Shown in pieces: positions 43,442 to 53,159 of a stretch of 64,000 nucleotides of DNA. The stretch lies in the IMG/VR virus record IMGVR_UViG_3300027969_000040. One strand, given 5' to 3'. The notes under the pieces are model-generated. The model saw nothing but the letters and a program-made list of their open reading frames with translations. It was not told the DNA's origin and made no database searches. This DNA is from a virus. Its lineage: Duplodnaviria > Caudoviricetes. How positions within the stretch are numbered: position 1 is the stretch's first letter; each line of letters begins with the position of its first letter. The translations under genes and the position numbers were made by a program.

Positions 43442-43470
43442 AGTTTAGCATATAAATCAATGTATTGCAA
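43442..43470 (-). promoter_or_regulatory. Sigma70-type (early/middle) promoter upstream of the 55-47-46 block
   Basis: Minus strand TTGCAA, 17 nt spacer, TAAACT. Confidence 0.6.
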
Positions 43471-43504
43471 CCATTTAACTATAAACATAGCATATATTAA
43501 CTCA

Positions 43505-43512
43505 TATAAATA
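43505..43512 (+). promoter_or_regulatory. Late promoter TATAAATA heading the baseplate operon
   Basis: Perfect T4 late consensus 20 nt before ATG 43533. Confidence 0.75.
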
Positions 43513-43532
43513 TAGTTAAGAAGGTTATAGCT

Positions 43533-44438
43533 ATGCCATTTAATACACCAGAATTCTCTACAAGTGCCATGTCGGGTCCTCCCAACCTATACCAATCTCT
43601 ATCTGGAGTTTCCAATCCAGTTAGTAATTTAACTACATTATCAGATCCATCTGCTAGTAGATTGTCTTCGGCAGGATTATCAAAAGGTGCATATTTGCCA
43701 GATGCAGACGAAGTGGATCCTTCTAACATAGATTACGAACAATCGGACGATACAAGCATGTGGGGCGGCGAAGCCAGAGGACTCGACGGCGACAGTTCAG
43801 CTCCGGACTCTGATATTGCTGCAATGCAAACATCGCAAATTGCAGCATTTTCGGGATCGTCTGGCAGCGACTGGCGGCTAAAAGTTACATGCAGAGAAAT
43901 CTCAAACTTTTCTGGGTTATTAGGACCATTAGGAAGAACAGGTGGTGTCATATTTCCACATACTCCTACTGTTACTGTTGGGTATCAAGCAAACTATTCA
44001 GCACAAAGATATACACATAGCAATTATCCAATGTATACATATGAAAACAGTGAAGTCCAACCTATACAAATATCCGGAGAGTTTACTGCACAAAACAGGT
44101 CAGAAGCAGCTTATGTATTAGCTTGTATTTATTTCTTTAGGGCAACTACCAAAATGTTTTTTGGGTCGTCAAGGAATGCAGGTGCTCCACCGCCGATTGT
44201 TAGGCTTACCGGATACGGAGATCAATATTTTCCATCTGGCGGCGTTCCTTGTGTGGTAACATCGTTTAATCATGTTATGCCGCCCGAGGTTGATTATATC
44301 AGTGCGGGGCAAACTCGAATACCAACAATTAGCACTATAACAGTGAATTTACAACCACTTTACAGTAAGTCGACATTAACAAGATTTGATTTAAGTAAAT
44401 TTGCCACTGGCGGACAACTAGGAGAAGGATTAATATAA
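43533..44438 (+). CDS. Baseplate / tail-tube initiator-like protein (gp48/gp54-like position), 301 aa
   Basis: Core DWRLKV...GGVIFPHTPTVTVGYQANYS...HSNYPMYTYENSEV...ISGEFTAQ...FFRATTKMFFG...PPPIVRLTGYG after a Ser/Asp-rich N-terminus; first gene of the baseplate operon. Confidence 0.6.
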   Translation: MPFNTPEFSTSAMSGPPNLYQSLSGVSNPVSNLTTLSDPSASRLSSAGLSKGAYLPDADEVDPSNIDYEQSDDTSMWGGEARGLDGDSSAPDSDIAAMQTSQIAAFSGSSGSDWRLKVTCREISNFSGLLGPLGRTGGVIFPHTPTVTVGYQANYSAQRYTHSNYPMYTYENSEVQPIQISGEFTAQNRSEAAYVLACIYFFRATTKMFFGSSRNAGAPPPIVRLTGYGDQYFPSGGVPCVVTSFNHVMPPEVDYISAGQTRIPTISTITVNLQPLYSKSTLTRFDLSKFATGGQLGEGLI

Positions 44439-44740
44439 TGGCTGCAAAATATTCAAGAACTAGTCCGTACTATACAACGTCGGTTACTGGCAATTTTTTA
44501 GATGTATTAACATATCGCCCTATTCCTAAAAATCCAATGGATATTAAATATACAATTGATTATGTTTACGAATTTAGACCCGATATGTTAGCGTCTGATT
44601 TATATGATACGTCAGGGCTGTGGTGGGTGTTTGCAGTAAGAAATCCGAATGTTATTGCAGATCCTATATTTGATTTTTATGCTGGTCAAATAATTTATCT
44701 CCCTAGTAAAAATGCACTAATTTCATCGTTGGGAATGTAA
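44438..44740 (+). CDS. Baseplate wedge protein, gp53-like (LysM-like fold), 100 aa
   Basis: YEFRPDMLASDLYDTSGLWWVFAVRN matches the gp53-type RPDxLAxxLYGxxxLWW pattern. Confidence 0.8.
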   Translation: MAAKYSRTSPYYTTSVTGNFLDVLTYRPIPKNPMDIKYTIDYVYEFRPDMLASDLYDTSGLWWVFAVRNPNVIADPIFDFYAGQIIYLPSKNALISSLGM

Positions 44741-44741
44741 T

Positions 44742-47009
44742 ATGGCTGACAACGGTGCGTATGCACGATATCTTGAAACTCAAAGGAAACAAGCTATTGT
44801 AGACAATAAGTCTAAGTTTAAAGCCTTATCCAAAGCAGAAGATGAAAAAGTAAAACAACGCGGTACAAGCTACGGCGATCTGAGCACCGGTACTCAAGTA
44901 AACAATAGAGCCAATGGTAGGGTGCTTAGGCAAGGTGCATCACCTACAGTAGGAACATCGGGTAAAGTATCTGACCCCTATGCTGCTAATAGGAAAAATG
45001 CAGGCAGAAGTGGATACGACGAAGCCGGTGACCCAATTGATCCTTATGCTGCTAATAGGAAAAATGCAGGTAAAAGTGGGTACGACGAAGCCGGTGACCC
45101 AATTGATCCATATGCAAAAGAGCGCGCCAATGCTGGCAAAACCGGTTACGACGAAGCCGGTACAAAAATTAATAGTGACGGCACTCCTGGTGGATCCCAG
45201 AAAGTAGACGCCGATGGAGAATCTAGTTCAAGTGATTCGGGCGGTAGCCCAAGCGGAAATCCACTAGATGAATATGCTAACTATACATATGGTTTAAGTT
45301 TGCATGTGATTAAACCAGAAGAATATGAAGAATTAAAACCGGGGTACGATCCTGACGGAAAAGTTTTAATTGCCAGTGGCGGTCGCCAAGGCAGTGGATT
45401 TAGTCGTGTTGCAGGATTTGAGTCTGATTTCTATTTTGATAATTTTAGAATGACTACCATAATAGGAATGAATCAACGTACTCGCGGCAGTAATGTAATA
45501 GATATGCAATTTACAGTTTTAGAACCGTTTGGTATGACATTACTAGATAAGATACTCACCGTAGCAGATACCATTGGCGCAAAAAATTGGAATGAAATGC
45601 CATTTGTGATGCAAATTGATTTCTTTGCTAATACCACCGACGACAAGTCTGTATTAATATCGGGACATACAAAATACATTCCTATTAAATTAATTGAGTG
45701 TAAGATATCGGCAACATCTAATGGGGCAAGCTATCAGTTCCATGGTATTCCTTATAATCATGCTGCGTTTCAAACAAACTCTGTTTCAACACCAGCTTTC
45801 AATGAAGTAACTGCTAAAACTGTTAAAGAATTTTTTAGTAGTGAAAGTAAAGACAAAGGTAGTTATGCACTAGCGTTAAATAGTTATCAAAAAAAATTGG
45901 CAGCAGATGAGGCCAAATATCAAGAATTCCCTGACATATATGAGTTTAAATTTGATTCGGCAATAGGTGATGCTATAATTGTTTACGAAAAAAGAAATAA
46001 TGTAAGATCTACACCAATGGCAAATAAATCAAATCCGTCGGCTACTGACAAAGATGGAAAACGTGCCGCAGATGGTGGGTCTGCCGCGCAAGTAGATTTA
46101 GAATATCAAGCGATACCTATTAATGCAGGAACTTCTATTATTGATGTAATTAGTCAAGTTATAAGAAATAGCAGTTATATGGCAGAACAAGTTGGTAAAA
46201 GCGGTGACGACGTTATAAAATCTTGGAGAGTTATTCCTGAAATTAAAATATTAAAATTTGATAATTTTAGAAAAATTTATCAAAAAAAGTTTATATATCA
46301 TGTTAAAAAAGCCAATTATCATAATACAAAATATCCTGACGCTCCAATGAAGATGCCAACAAAAATTTCTAGAATATATAATTATTTGTACACTGGACAG
46401 AATCAAGACATATTGGATTTTAATATAGATTTTAATGTTGTTTTTTATACAGCAATGACTGCAAATAGAGATAAATTGAAAAAAGTTGAAATTGATAAAA
46501 CTCCTAAAAAACAAGAAGAAGATAAAGGAAATACTCCGTCCCCTGGCTCCAATAAATTAGATCCAAAACATGTAAAAACTGTTGCTACACAAGCCGATGT
46601 ATCAACTTCCTCCCAAGGCGCAAACGATACAAAAAATGTTGCATCAAATGATTTGGTTAGATCAATGTTTACCGATTCGCGTGGAGATATGATTAATATT
46701 AATTTAAAAATAGCAGGGGATCCTGCATATATCAAACAAGATGATATATTTTTTAAACCCGAGGACAGCAAAGATTCTGCAGGAACTCTTGATAAACACG
46801 GTAGTTTCTCTATGGATGGCGGAGAGTTATTTGTTGAAATTAACTTCAGAACTCCGACAGACATAAATCCAAGTTCTGATACGTATGATTTTAGCAATAG
46901 TGAAAAAACAGCGTTTAGTGGCACATATAGAGTAATGACAGTAGACAATGTTCTTGAAAGAGGTCAGTTTACTCAAACATTATCTTTAATTAAAGTTTTC
47001 CCAGCATAA
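44742..47009 (+). CDS. Baseplate hub protein (gp27-like position), 755 aa, with repetitive N-terminal extension
   Basis: NPLDEYANYTYGLSL, FTVLEPFGMTLLD, LKIAGDPAYI, FSGTYRVMTVDNVLERGQFTQTLSL (hub/late-control-D-type ending); precedes the gp5-like spike. Confidence 0.7.
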   Translation: MADNGAYARYLETQRKQAIVDNKSKFKALSKAEDEKVKQRGTSYGDLSTGTQVNNRANGRVLRQGASPTVGTSGKVSDPYAANRKNAGRSGYDEAGDPIDPYAANRKNAGKSGYDEAGDPIDPYAKERANAGKTGYDEAGTKINSDGTPGGSQKVDADGESSSSDSGGSPSGNPLDEYANYTYGLSLHVIKPEEYEELKPGYDPDGKVLIASGGRQGSGFSRVAGFESDFYFDNFRMTTIIGMNQRTRGSNVIDMQFTVLEPFGMTLLDKILTVADTIGAKNWNEMPFVMQIDFFANTTDDKSVLISGHTKYIPIKLIECKISATSNGASYQFHGIPYNHAAFQTNSVSTPAFNEVTAKTVKEFFSSESKDKGSYALALNSYQKKLAADEAKYQEFPDIYEFKFDSAIGDAIIVYEKRNNVRSTPMANKSNPSATDKDGKRAADGGSAAQVDLEYQAIPINAGTSIIDVISQVIRNSSYMAEQVGKSGDDVIKSWRVIPEIKILKFDNFRKIYQKKFIYHVKKANYHNTKYPDAPMKMPTKISRIYNYLYTGQNQDILDFNIDFNVVFYTAMTANRDKLKKVEIDKTPKKQEEDKGNTPSPGSNKLDPKHVKTVATQADVSTSSQGANDTKNVASNDLVRSMFTDSRGDMININLKIAGDPAYIKQDDIFFKPEDSKDSAGTLDKHGSFSMDGGELFVEINFRTPTDINPSSDTYDFSNSEKTAFSGTYRVMTVDNVLERGQFTQTLSLIKVFPA
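44973..45170 (+). repeat. 66-bp in-frame tandem repeat, 3 copies (DPYAANRKNAGRSGYDEAGDPI)
   Basis: Units start at 44973, 45039 and 45105; the third copy is diverged. Confidence 0.9.
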
Positions 47010-47021
47010 GAGTAAACAAAC

Positions 47022-49163
47022 ATGTCTAAAACCGATAGAAGAATAGGAAAAAAAGTACCCGACTATATACGTAGGGAAGATGCGCCGGGCGTACGATTTG
47101 ATTCGGGTCCATATATAGGAAAAATAAAAAACAATTACGATACAATACGTCAAGGCCGATTGCAAGTATGGATTCCTGATTTAGGTGCCGGTGACGAAAA
47201 CGATGTTTCTAATTGGCGAACTGTTAGCTATGCAAGCCCTTTCTTTGGTTCTACATCTCAAGAACCCGACAATAAGAAAAATACATTCAAAGATGTCAGA
47301 CACACTTACGGATTTTGGTTTACACCGCCAGATGTAGATAATTTTGTCATGTGTACTTTTATTGCCGGAGATCCACAACGTGGATTTTGGTTTGCATGTA
47401 TACCTTCGCAATTGGGACAACATATGGTTCCTGGCATTTCGGGTTCAAATACCTACGACACAGAAGGAATTAATAGCGGCGCCGTTAAAAAAATGAAAAA
47501 GCCAACGGTTTTGCCAACGGTAGATTTTAACGAAAACAAAGAACAAGATTGGTCGGACTTTACTAATATAAAGAAACCGTTACATGAACCGCAAATTGAA
47601 ATTTTATTAACACAAGGACTCGATAGAGATCTTGAACGCGGAGTCATGAGCAGTAGTAGCCAGCGTGAAAGTCCTAGTAGAGTGTTTGGAATTAGCACCC
47701 CGGGACAACCGTTTCCGGGCGCTAGTAAAGACGAATTTGTTTATACACGTAACGGTGGGCATACGTTTGTAATGGACGACGGCGATTTTTCAGACAAGAA
47801 TAGAATATTCAGATTACGCTCGTCGGGTGGTCATCAAATTATAATGAATGACTCTCAGGATATATTTTACATTGGTAATAGTAAAGGCACGGCGTGGGTT
47901 GAATTAACCGAAAAAGGCGATGTTAATATTTTCAGTGATAAAGATATAAATTTTAGGGCAAAAGGCGATTTCAATTTCCACGCTGACAAAGATTTTAAAA
48001 TAAATGTGGGTGGTAAATTTAGTTTATTTGCTAAAACATCTATTCAATCAGAATCCGAATTAATAACATCAACTTCTAGTGCTAAGACTACTATATTTGG
48101 CAATGGGGTTGAAATTGGAAGCGAGTCTACAATTGACATAAATCCATCTGGAGCGGGTAGCTTCAAATGTGGTCCTACTTTAACAATGTCGGCCGGTTTA
48201 ATAAAATTAAACTCTGGCGAAGGACCAACAGTCTCAAAGCCGACTAAAATAACTGTTAACAATGTAAACGAAGCCGAACTTGACGGCAGCGGACAATGGC
48301 AAACAAAAGCCTCAGCATTAAAAAGTATAGCAAGTGTTGTACCGACACACGAACCATGGCCTCGCAAAGGTGGAAAACCAAGCCCGGCAGCTAGCGGAGC
48401 AAGAAGTGCAGCAGGCCGCGGCAGTAGTAGCAGTAGCAGTGGCAGCAGTAGTAGCGGCGGTAGTGGCAGCGACAGTTCAAAACTAAGCACAGGCAAGGGC
48501 GGCGCTAAAACAGATAGTAAAGGAAACCCGGTCGTTAGCGGACAATCTGGTAGTGGATCCGGACCATCTTCTGCTGCATCACAAGGACTTAAAAATCCAG
48601 TACCAACTTCTTCTATGTATAGTAAAGATAACCCAACTCCTAATAAAGGGGTAGGTCCTCTAGATCCTATAGATAAAAAAGCACTAAAAACACAAATAGC
48701 ACATAACGAAAGTGGTGGCAGGTATGATGCAGTAGAAGCTAATAGAGGAAATTATTTAGGAAAATATCAAATTGGTGCAGGTGCATTAAGGGATGAAGGA
48801 TATATTAAACCTGATGCATACGCTAAATATGGAACAAAAGCCGTTAATTATCCTTCAAGTTGGACCGGAAAAGGCGGTGTAAACTCTAAAGAGGACTTTT
48901 TACGTAATCACGATGCACAGGAGAAATCAATGGATGGTCTACTAGATAAAAATTATGCTAGTTTACGAAACACCGGAGGCGTTCAACCGGGCGACAGTAA
49001 AGAACATGTATCTGGCATGTTAGCAACAAGTCACCTACTAGGAGCCGGCGATGCAACAAAATGGAAGAATACTGGAGGCGGCGCAGATGCTAACGGAACC
49101 ACTGGGACTTCTTATTATAACATGGGTCGATATGCATCCAACGTGCTGGCCAAGAAAACTTAA
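47022..49163 (+). CDS. gp5: Baseplate central spike, gp5-like: OB-fold, beta-helix, Ser/Gly linker, C-terminal lysozyme-like domain (713 aa)
   Basis: DTIRQGRLQVWIP...WRTVSYASPFFG...GFWFTPPDVDNFVMCTF; GGHTFVMDDG...LRSSGGHQIIMND; C-terminal IAHNESGGRYDAV...YLGKYQIG. Confidence 0.8.
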   Translation: MSKTDRRIGKKVPDYIRREDAPGVRFDSGPYIGKIKNNYDTIRQGRLQVWIPDLGAGDENDVSNWRTVSYASPFFGSTSQEPDNKKNTFKDVRHTYGFWFTPPDVDNFVMCTFIAGDPQRGFWFACIPSQLGQHMVPGISGSNTYDTEGINSGAVKKMKKPTVLPTVDFNENKEQDWSDFTNIKKPLHEPQIEILLTQGLDRDLERGVMSSSSQRESPSRVFGISTPGQPFPGASKDEFVYTRNGGHTFVMDDGDFSDKNRIFRLRSSGGHQIIMNDSQDIFYIGNSKGTAWVELTEKGDVNIFSDKDINFRAKGDFNFHADKDFKINVGGKFSLFAKTSIQSESELITSTSSAKTTIFGNGVEIGSESTIDINPSGAGSFKCGPTLTMSAGLIKLNSGEGPTVSKPTKITVNNVNEAELDGSGQWQTKASALKSIASVVPTHEPWPRKGGKPSPAASGARSAAGRGSSSSSSGSSSSGGSGSDSSKLSTGKGGAKTDSKGNPVVSGQSGSGSGPSSAASQGLKNPVPTSSMYSKDNPTPNKGVGPLDPIDKKALKTQIAHNESGGRYDAVEANRGNYLGKYQIGAGALRDEGYIKPDAYAKYGTKAVNYPSSWTGKGGVNSKEDFLRNHDAQEKSMDGLLDKNYASLRNTGGVQPGDSKEHVSGMLATSHLLGAGDATKWKNTGGGADANGTTGTSYYNMGRYASNVLAKKT

Positions 49164-49171
49164 ATACTATT

Positions 49172-49546
49172 ATGACTACATATAAAGGATTTAGTACCTA
49201 CAACAGAATGCGTAAATTTACGCTAGTTGACTTTGACTTAATTAAGCAAGATTTATTCAATCACTTTTCAATTCGTAAAGGCGAAAAGTTAATGAATCCC
49301 AAATTTGGAACAATTATTTGGGGACTTTTATTTGAACCGATGTCCCCAGACATCAAAGATTTAGTATCTCGGGACGTCAAGGAAATTATTGACTATGATC
49401 CCAGGATTTCAGCCGACAGAATATCAGTAACTGAGTTTGAACATGGTTTACAGATCAACCTAAATCTCCGTTATGTACTAACAAATCAAACCGGAACAAT
49501 GGCGTTAAAATTTAGTAGAGCGTCAAATCAATTAACTTATAGTTAA
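49172..49546 (+). CDS. gp25: Baseplate wedge protein gp25-like (124 aa)
   Basis: LIKQDLFNHFSIRKGEKLMNPKFGTIIWGLLFEP...IIDYDPRI. Confidence 0.9.
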   Translation: MTTYKGFSTYNRMRKFTLVDFDLIKQDLFNHFSIRKGEKLMNPKFGTIIWGLLFEPMSPDIKDLVSRDVKEIIDYDPRISADRISVTEFEHGLQINLNLRYVLTNQTGTMALKFSRASNQLTYS

Positions 49547-49566
49547 CAACCCACTTTTATTACATA

Positions 49567-49573
49567 ATAAATA
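49567..49573 (+). promoter_or_regulatory. Late promoter core ATAAATA
   Basis: 20 nt upstream of ATG 49594. Confidence 0.6.
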
Positions 49574-49593
49574 TATGAACAGAGTCTTATAAC

Positions 49594-52500
49594 ATGGCTA
49601 TTATATCTCGACAAACCGGACTGCTTGCAGCAGAAAACTGGAAAAAAATCTATCAAACCTTCCGCGAGGCTGATTTTACTACCTACGACTTTGAAACATT
49701 GCGTAAGAGTATGATTGATTATATCAAATTATACTATCCTGAAGACTTTAACGACTTTACAGAGAGCAGTGAATTTGTTGCATTAATTGATTTGCTAGCA
49801 TTTATGGGGCAAAATTTAGCGTTTAGGACTGATTTAAACGCTAGAGAGAATTTCATTGATACCGCCGAACGTAGAGATAGCGTATTAAAATTAGCAAAAT
49901 TAGTTAGCTACAATCCTAAAAGAAATGTGCCAGCTAGTGGATATTTGAAAATTGAAAGTGTAAGCACAACTGAACCTCTATTTGATAGCAATGCATTTGA
50001 TTTGAGTAATACTATTATTACATGGAATGATCCAGCAAACGACAATTGGCTAGAACAGTTTACTACTATTATAAATGCAGCATTGGTTGGTAGCCAAATC
50101 ATAGGAAAACCTGCCCATAGCCAGGTTATAAACGGAATTATAACTGACGAATACAGTATAAACAATATATCTACTGTAATTCCTATTTTTAGATTCGAAG
50201 CAACAATTGAAGAAACCACATCTTCCTTTGAAGTAGTGAGCGGAACCAGTGTAGGCAAAACGTATATATACGAATCGGCACCTGACTATCAAAAGGCATT
50301 TAATCTTCTATATAGAACTGACAATAACGGAAACTCAAGTAATAGTACAGGATTTTTCTTTTATTTCAAACAAGGTGAGATAGCTAGCTTTGACTTCAAC
50401 ATACCAGAAGCAGTTCCAAATAAAGTTGTTAACATCGACATTAACAATATTAATAATAATGATGTTTGGTTATATAAACTAAACAGCGACGGAACAACAC
50501 AATCATTGTGGTCACCTGTTCCTTCTACTACTGGTATTAATATTATATACAACAAAGTTAAGGATAGAAATCTATATCAAATTGGTACCAGAGCGTCAGA
50601 TCAAATTAACTTAACTTTCGGTGATGGGGCATTCTCAAATGTACCGCAAGGCGACTTCAGATTATACTACAGAACTAGCAATGGGTTGAATTATAAAATA
50701 ACACCCGACGAGATGCGATCAATTGCTATATCTATTAACTATGTTAGTAGAAAAAATAGGCCAGAAACAATTACTATCCGTGCTAGTTTAAAATACACAG
50801 TAGTAAATGCAGTACCAACTGAATCAACAGATGCAATAAAACAAAAAGCACCTCAGCAATATTATACGCAAAATCGTATGATAACTGGCGAAGATTATAA
50901 CATACTGCCTTACACATCTTTTAGCAATATTATTAAAGCTAAGTCTATTAATAGAACTAGCAGTGGGTTGAGCAGATATCTTGACATGTTGGATACTACA
51001 GGAAAGTATAGTAGCACCAATACATTTGGACAAGATGGAGCAATTTACACTGAAGAATATATACGCTCTTTTACATTTGGTTTTGTATCTGCAAATGATG
51101 TTCGTAAAGTTGTATATAATCAAATAATTAATACCATTATTCCTAATAGGGGTTCTTTACATTATTATTATAAGAATTTAACAGTTGTTAATTCATCAAA
51201 TAGTTTAACGCCGGCTACTGCATTAGTTACAGGTAAACGCTATATTATTAATAAAGTTGGTGTAACCGATTTTACTTTATTAGGAGCCAGTAGGAATGCT
51301 CCGGGTGTTAATTTTATAGCAACCGACCATGATACAAGAGATCCTAACTATTTTGCAACAACAGTCGGGCAAGCAACAGAAGCATCGGTATCTTGGCATT
51401 TAAGTACAGTAGGAAGTAATAGTTCAAATGGTTATTTTATTAACCCTTCGTTTACTCCGCTGTCGGTGAGAGCATTAGGGTCGGTGGCAAAATATTTAAA
51501 AGCAGGTGCCATTATAAGATTTGTTGCCCCAAATGGTAGTTTCTTCAATGCAGGAAACAATTTAATAACTGGTGCACCGGCTAGCCCCGAAGACAAACTT
51601 GAACTATATGCGGCTGTAGTTGATGTTGTTGGTGATGGCACAAATGATGGATTGGGTAATTTTACTAACGGATCGGGCCCGGTATCGTTAAACACTAAAG
51701 TACCCACAGGAGCTATAATTAAATATATTGTACCAGCTTACAAAAGTAATTTTGGAGCAGGATTCACAACAGCATTAGTTAATAATATAACATCTTATAA
51801 GAATTTTGCTATATATTATAATTCAACAATGCAGAATTGGCAATTAGCAAGCCCGACGGATATATCATTGAATAAATGGTCGCTTAAATTTGATTATAGT
51901 AACGATAATGGTACATATCTTGTTAGCTATAAAGGTATTAATTACGTTTTCTATAGTCCAATGGAGACAACATTTTATTATGATGAGGCATTAAAAGTTT
52001 ATGATAGTAAAACAGCAAGTATAATATACGATCATATAAAAATACTTGGAACCAATCCTGGACCAGATTCGCCGATGCCAATCGGGAAAACAGTTGTATG
52101 GGACGTTTTGGACAAAGTAACTAATTCAGATGGCACCACCGATAGTAGTAGAATATACATAACATATTCAGACACTGACAACGACGGTGTACCCGATGAT
52201 CCGGACATATTCAATTTAGTAGTTAACCCTAGTGTAAATACTTTAAGTAAATTAGTATTTTTTGAATTAACTACAAGTACAGGATACACAAAATATGTTA
52301 ATTTGGATATATTAGAACCCTCACAGGTTACTACTCAGTATGGAACACGAGATCAAATTGTTTCGGTTGCATCATCGTATACAGTAGGAGATTTATTTTA
52401 TGCCCCTGACGACGACGCATTTTATTCAATCTTGCACTCAAAGACTGAAAATGCTAATTATGTCAGTGAGCGTTTAACAAAATACAAATATTTTGTTGGC

Positions 52501-53139
52501 AGGCAAAATTTAAATTATCAATATAGACACAATTCACCTAATACACGTAGAATTGATCCTAGTGTTAGCAATATTATTGATATATATCTATTAACAGCTT
52601 CGTATGATGCTGATTATAGAGCATGGATTAATGATACGTCGGGCTCAATTGCTCAACCATCCCCGCCGACTAGTACAGAATTGTCTCTCTCGTACTCGGG
52701 ATTAAATGAAATTAAATCAATTAGTGATACTGTTGTATTTCAAAATGCAATATACAAACCTATTTTTGGATTTAAAGCCATTAATAATCTACAGGCAATA
52801 TTTAAAGTTGTAAAAAATCCAAATTTAAATGTAAGCGATGCAGATATTAAAGTATCTGTCATTAATTCTATAAATGATTATTTTGCTGTTGAGAATTGGG
52901 ATTTTGGCGAAACATTTTATTTCAGCGAATTGTCTGCATATCTACATCACATTTTAAGCCCTAACATTGCTAGCATCATTATACTACCAAGAGATAGTAC
53001 AATTAAATTTGGTACTCTTTATCAAATTAATGCAGAGCCAAATGAGATCATTATTAGTTCCGCAACAGTTGAAAATGTTGAAATTATAAGCGCGGTTACT
53101 GCTATGCAATTAAATCAAGGCGTATCCTTGACTTATTAA
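49594..53139 (+). CDS. gp6: Baseplate wedge protein gp6-like (1181 aa)
   Basis: DFETLRKSMIDY...DFTESSEFVALIDLLAF...ENFIDTAERRDSVLKLAKLVSYNPKR; FGDG; ESTDAIKQKAPQQYYTQNRMITGEDY. Confidence 0.9.
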   Translation: MAIISRQTGLLAAENWKKIYQTFREADFTTYDFETLRKSMIDYIKLYYPEDFNDFTESSEFVALIDLLAFMGQNLAFRTDLNARENFIDTAERRDSVLKLAKLVSYNPKRNVPASGYLKIESVSTTEPLFDSNAFDLSNTIITWNDPANDNWLEQFTTIINAALVGSQIIGKPAHSQVINGIITDEYSINNISTVIPIFRFEATIEETTSSFEVVSGTSVGKTYIYESAPDYQKAFNLLYRTDNNGNSSNSTGFFFYFKQGEIASFDFNIPEAVPNKVVNIDINNINNNDVWLYKLNSDGTTQSLWSPVPSTTGINIIYNKVKDRNLYQIGTRASDQINLTFGDGAFSNVPQGDFRLYYRTSNGLNYKITPDEMRSIAISINYVSRKNRPETITIRASLKYTVVNAVPTESTDAIKQKAPQQYYTQNRMITGEDYNILPYTSFSNIIKAKSINRTSSGLSRYLDMLDTTGKYSSTNTFGQDGAIYTEEYIRSFTFGFVSANDVRKVVYNQIINTIIPNRGSLHYYYKNLTVVNSSNSLTPATALVTGKRYIINKVGVTDFTLLGASRNAPGVNFIATDHDTRDPNYFATTVGQATEASVSWHLSTVGSNSSNGYFINPSFTPLSVRALGSVAKYLKAGAIIRFVAPNGSFFNAGNNLITGAPASPEDKLELYAAVVDVVGDGTNDGLGNFTNGSGPVSLNTKVPTGAIIKYIVPAYKSNFGAGFTTALVNNITSYKNFAIYYNSTMQNWQLASPTDISLNKWSLKFDYSNDNGTYLVSYKGINYVFYSPMETTFYYDEALKVYDSKTASIIYDHIKILGTNPGPDSPMPIGKTVVWDVLDKVTNSDGTTDSSRIYITYSDTDNDGVPDDPDIFNLVVNPSVNTLSKLVFFELTTSTGYTKYVNLDILEPSQVTTQYGTRDQIVSVASSYTVGDLFYAPDDDAFYSILHSKTENANYVSERLTKYKYFVGRQNLNYQYRHNSPNTRRIDPSVSNIIDIYLLTASYDADYRAWINDTSGSIAQPSPPTSTELSLSYSGLNEIKSISDTVVFQNAIYKPIFGFKAINNLQAIFKVVKNPNLNVSDADIKVSVINSINDYFAVENWDFGETFYFSELSAYLHHILSPNIASIIILPRDSTIKFGTLYQINAEPNEIIISSATVENVEIISAVTAMQLNQGVSLTY

Positions 53140-53159
53140 AATATTACAATAGGTAAACA

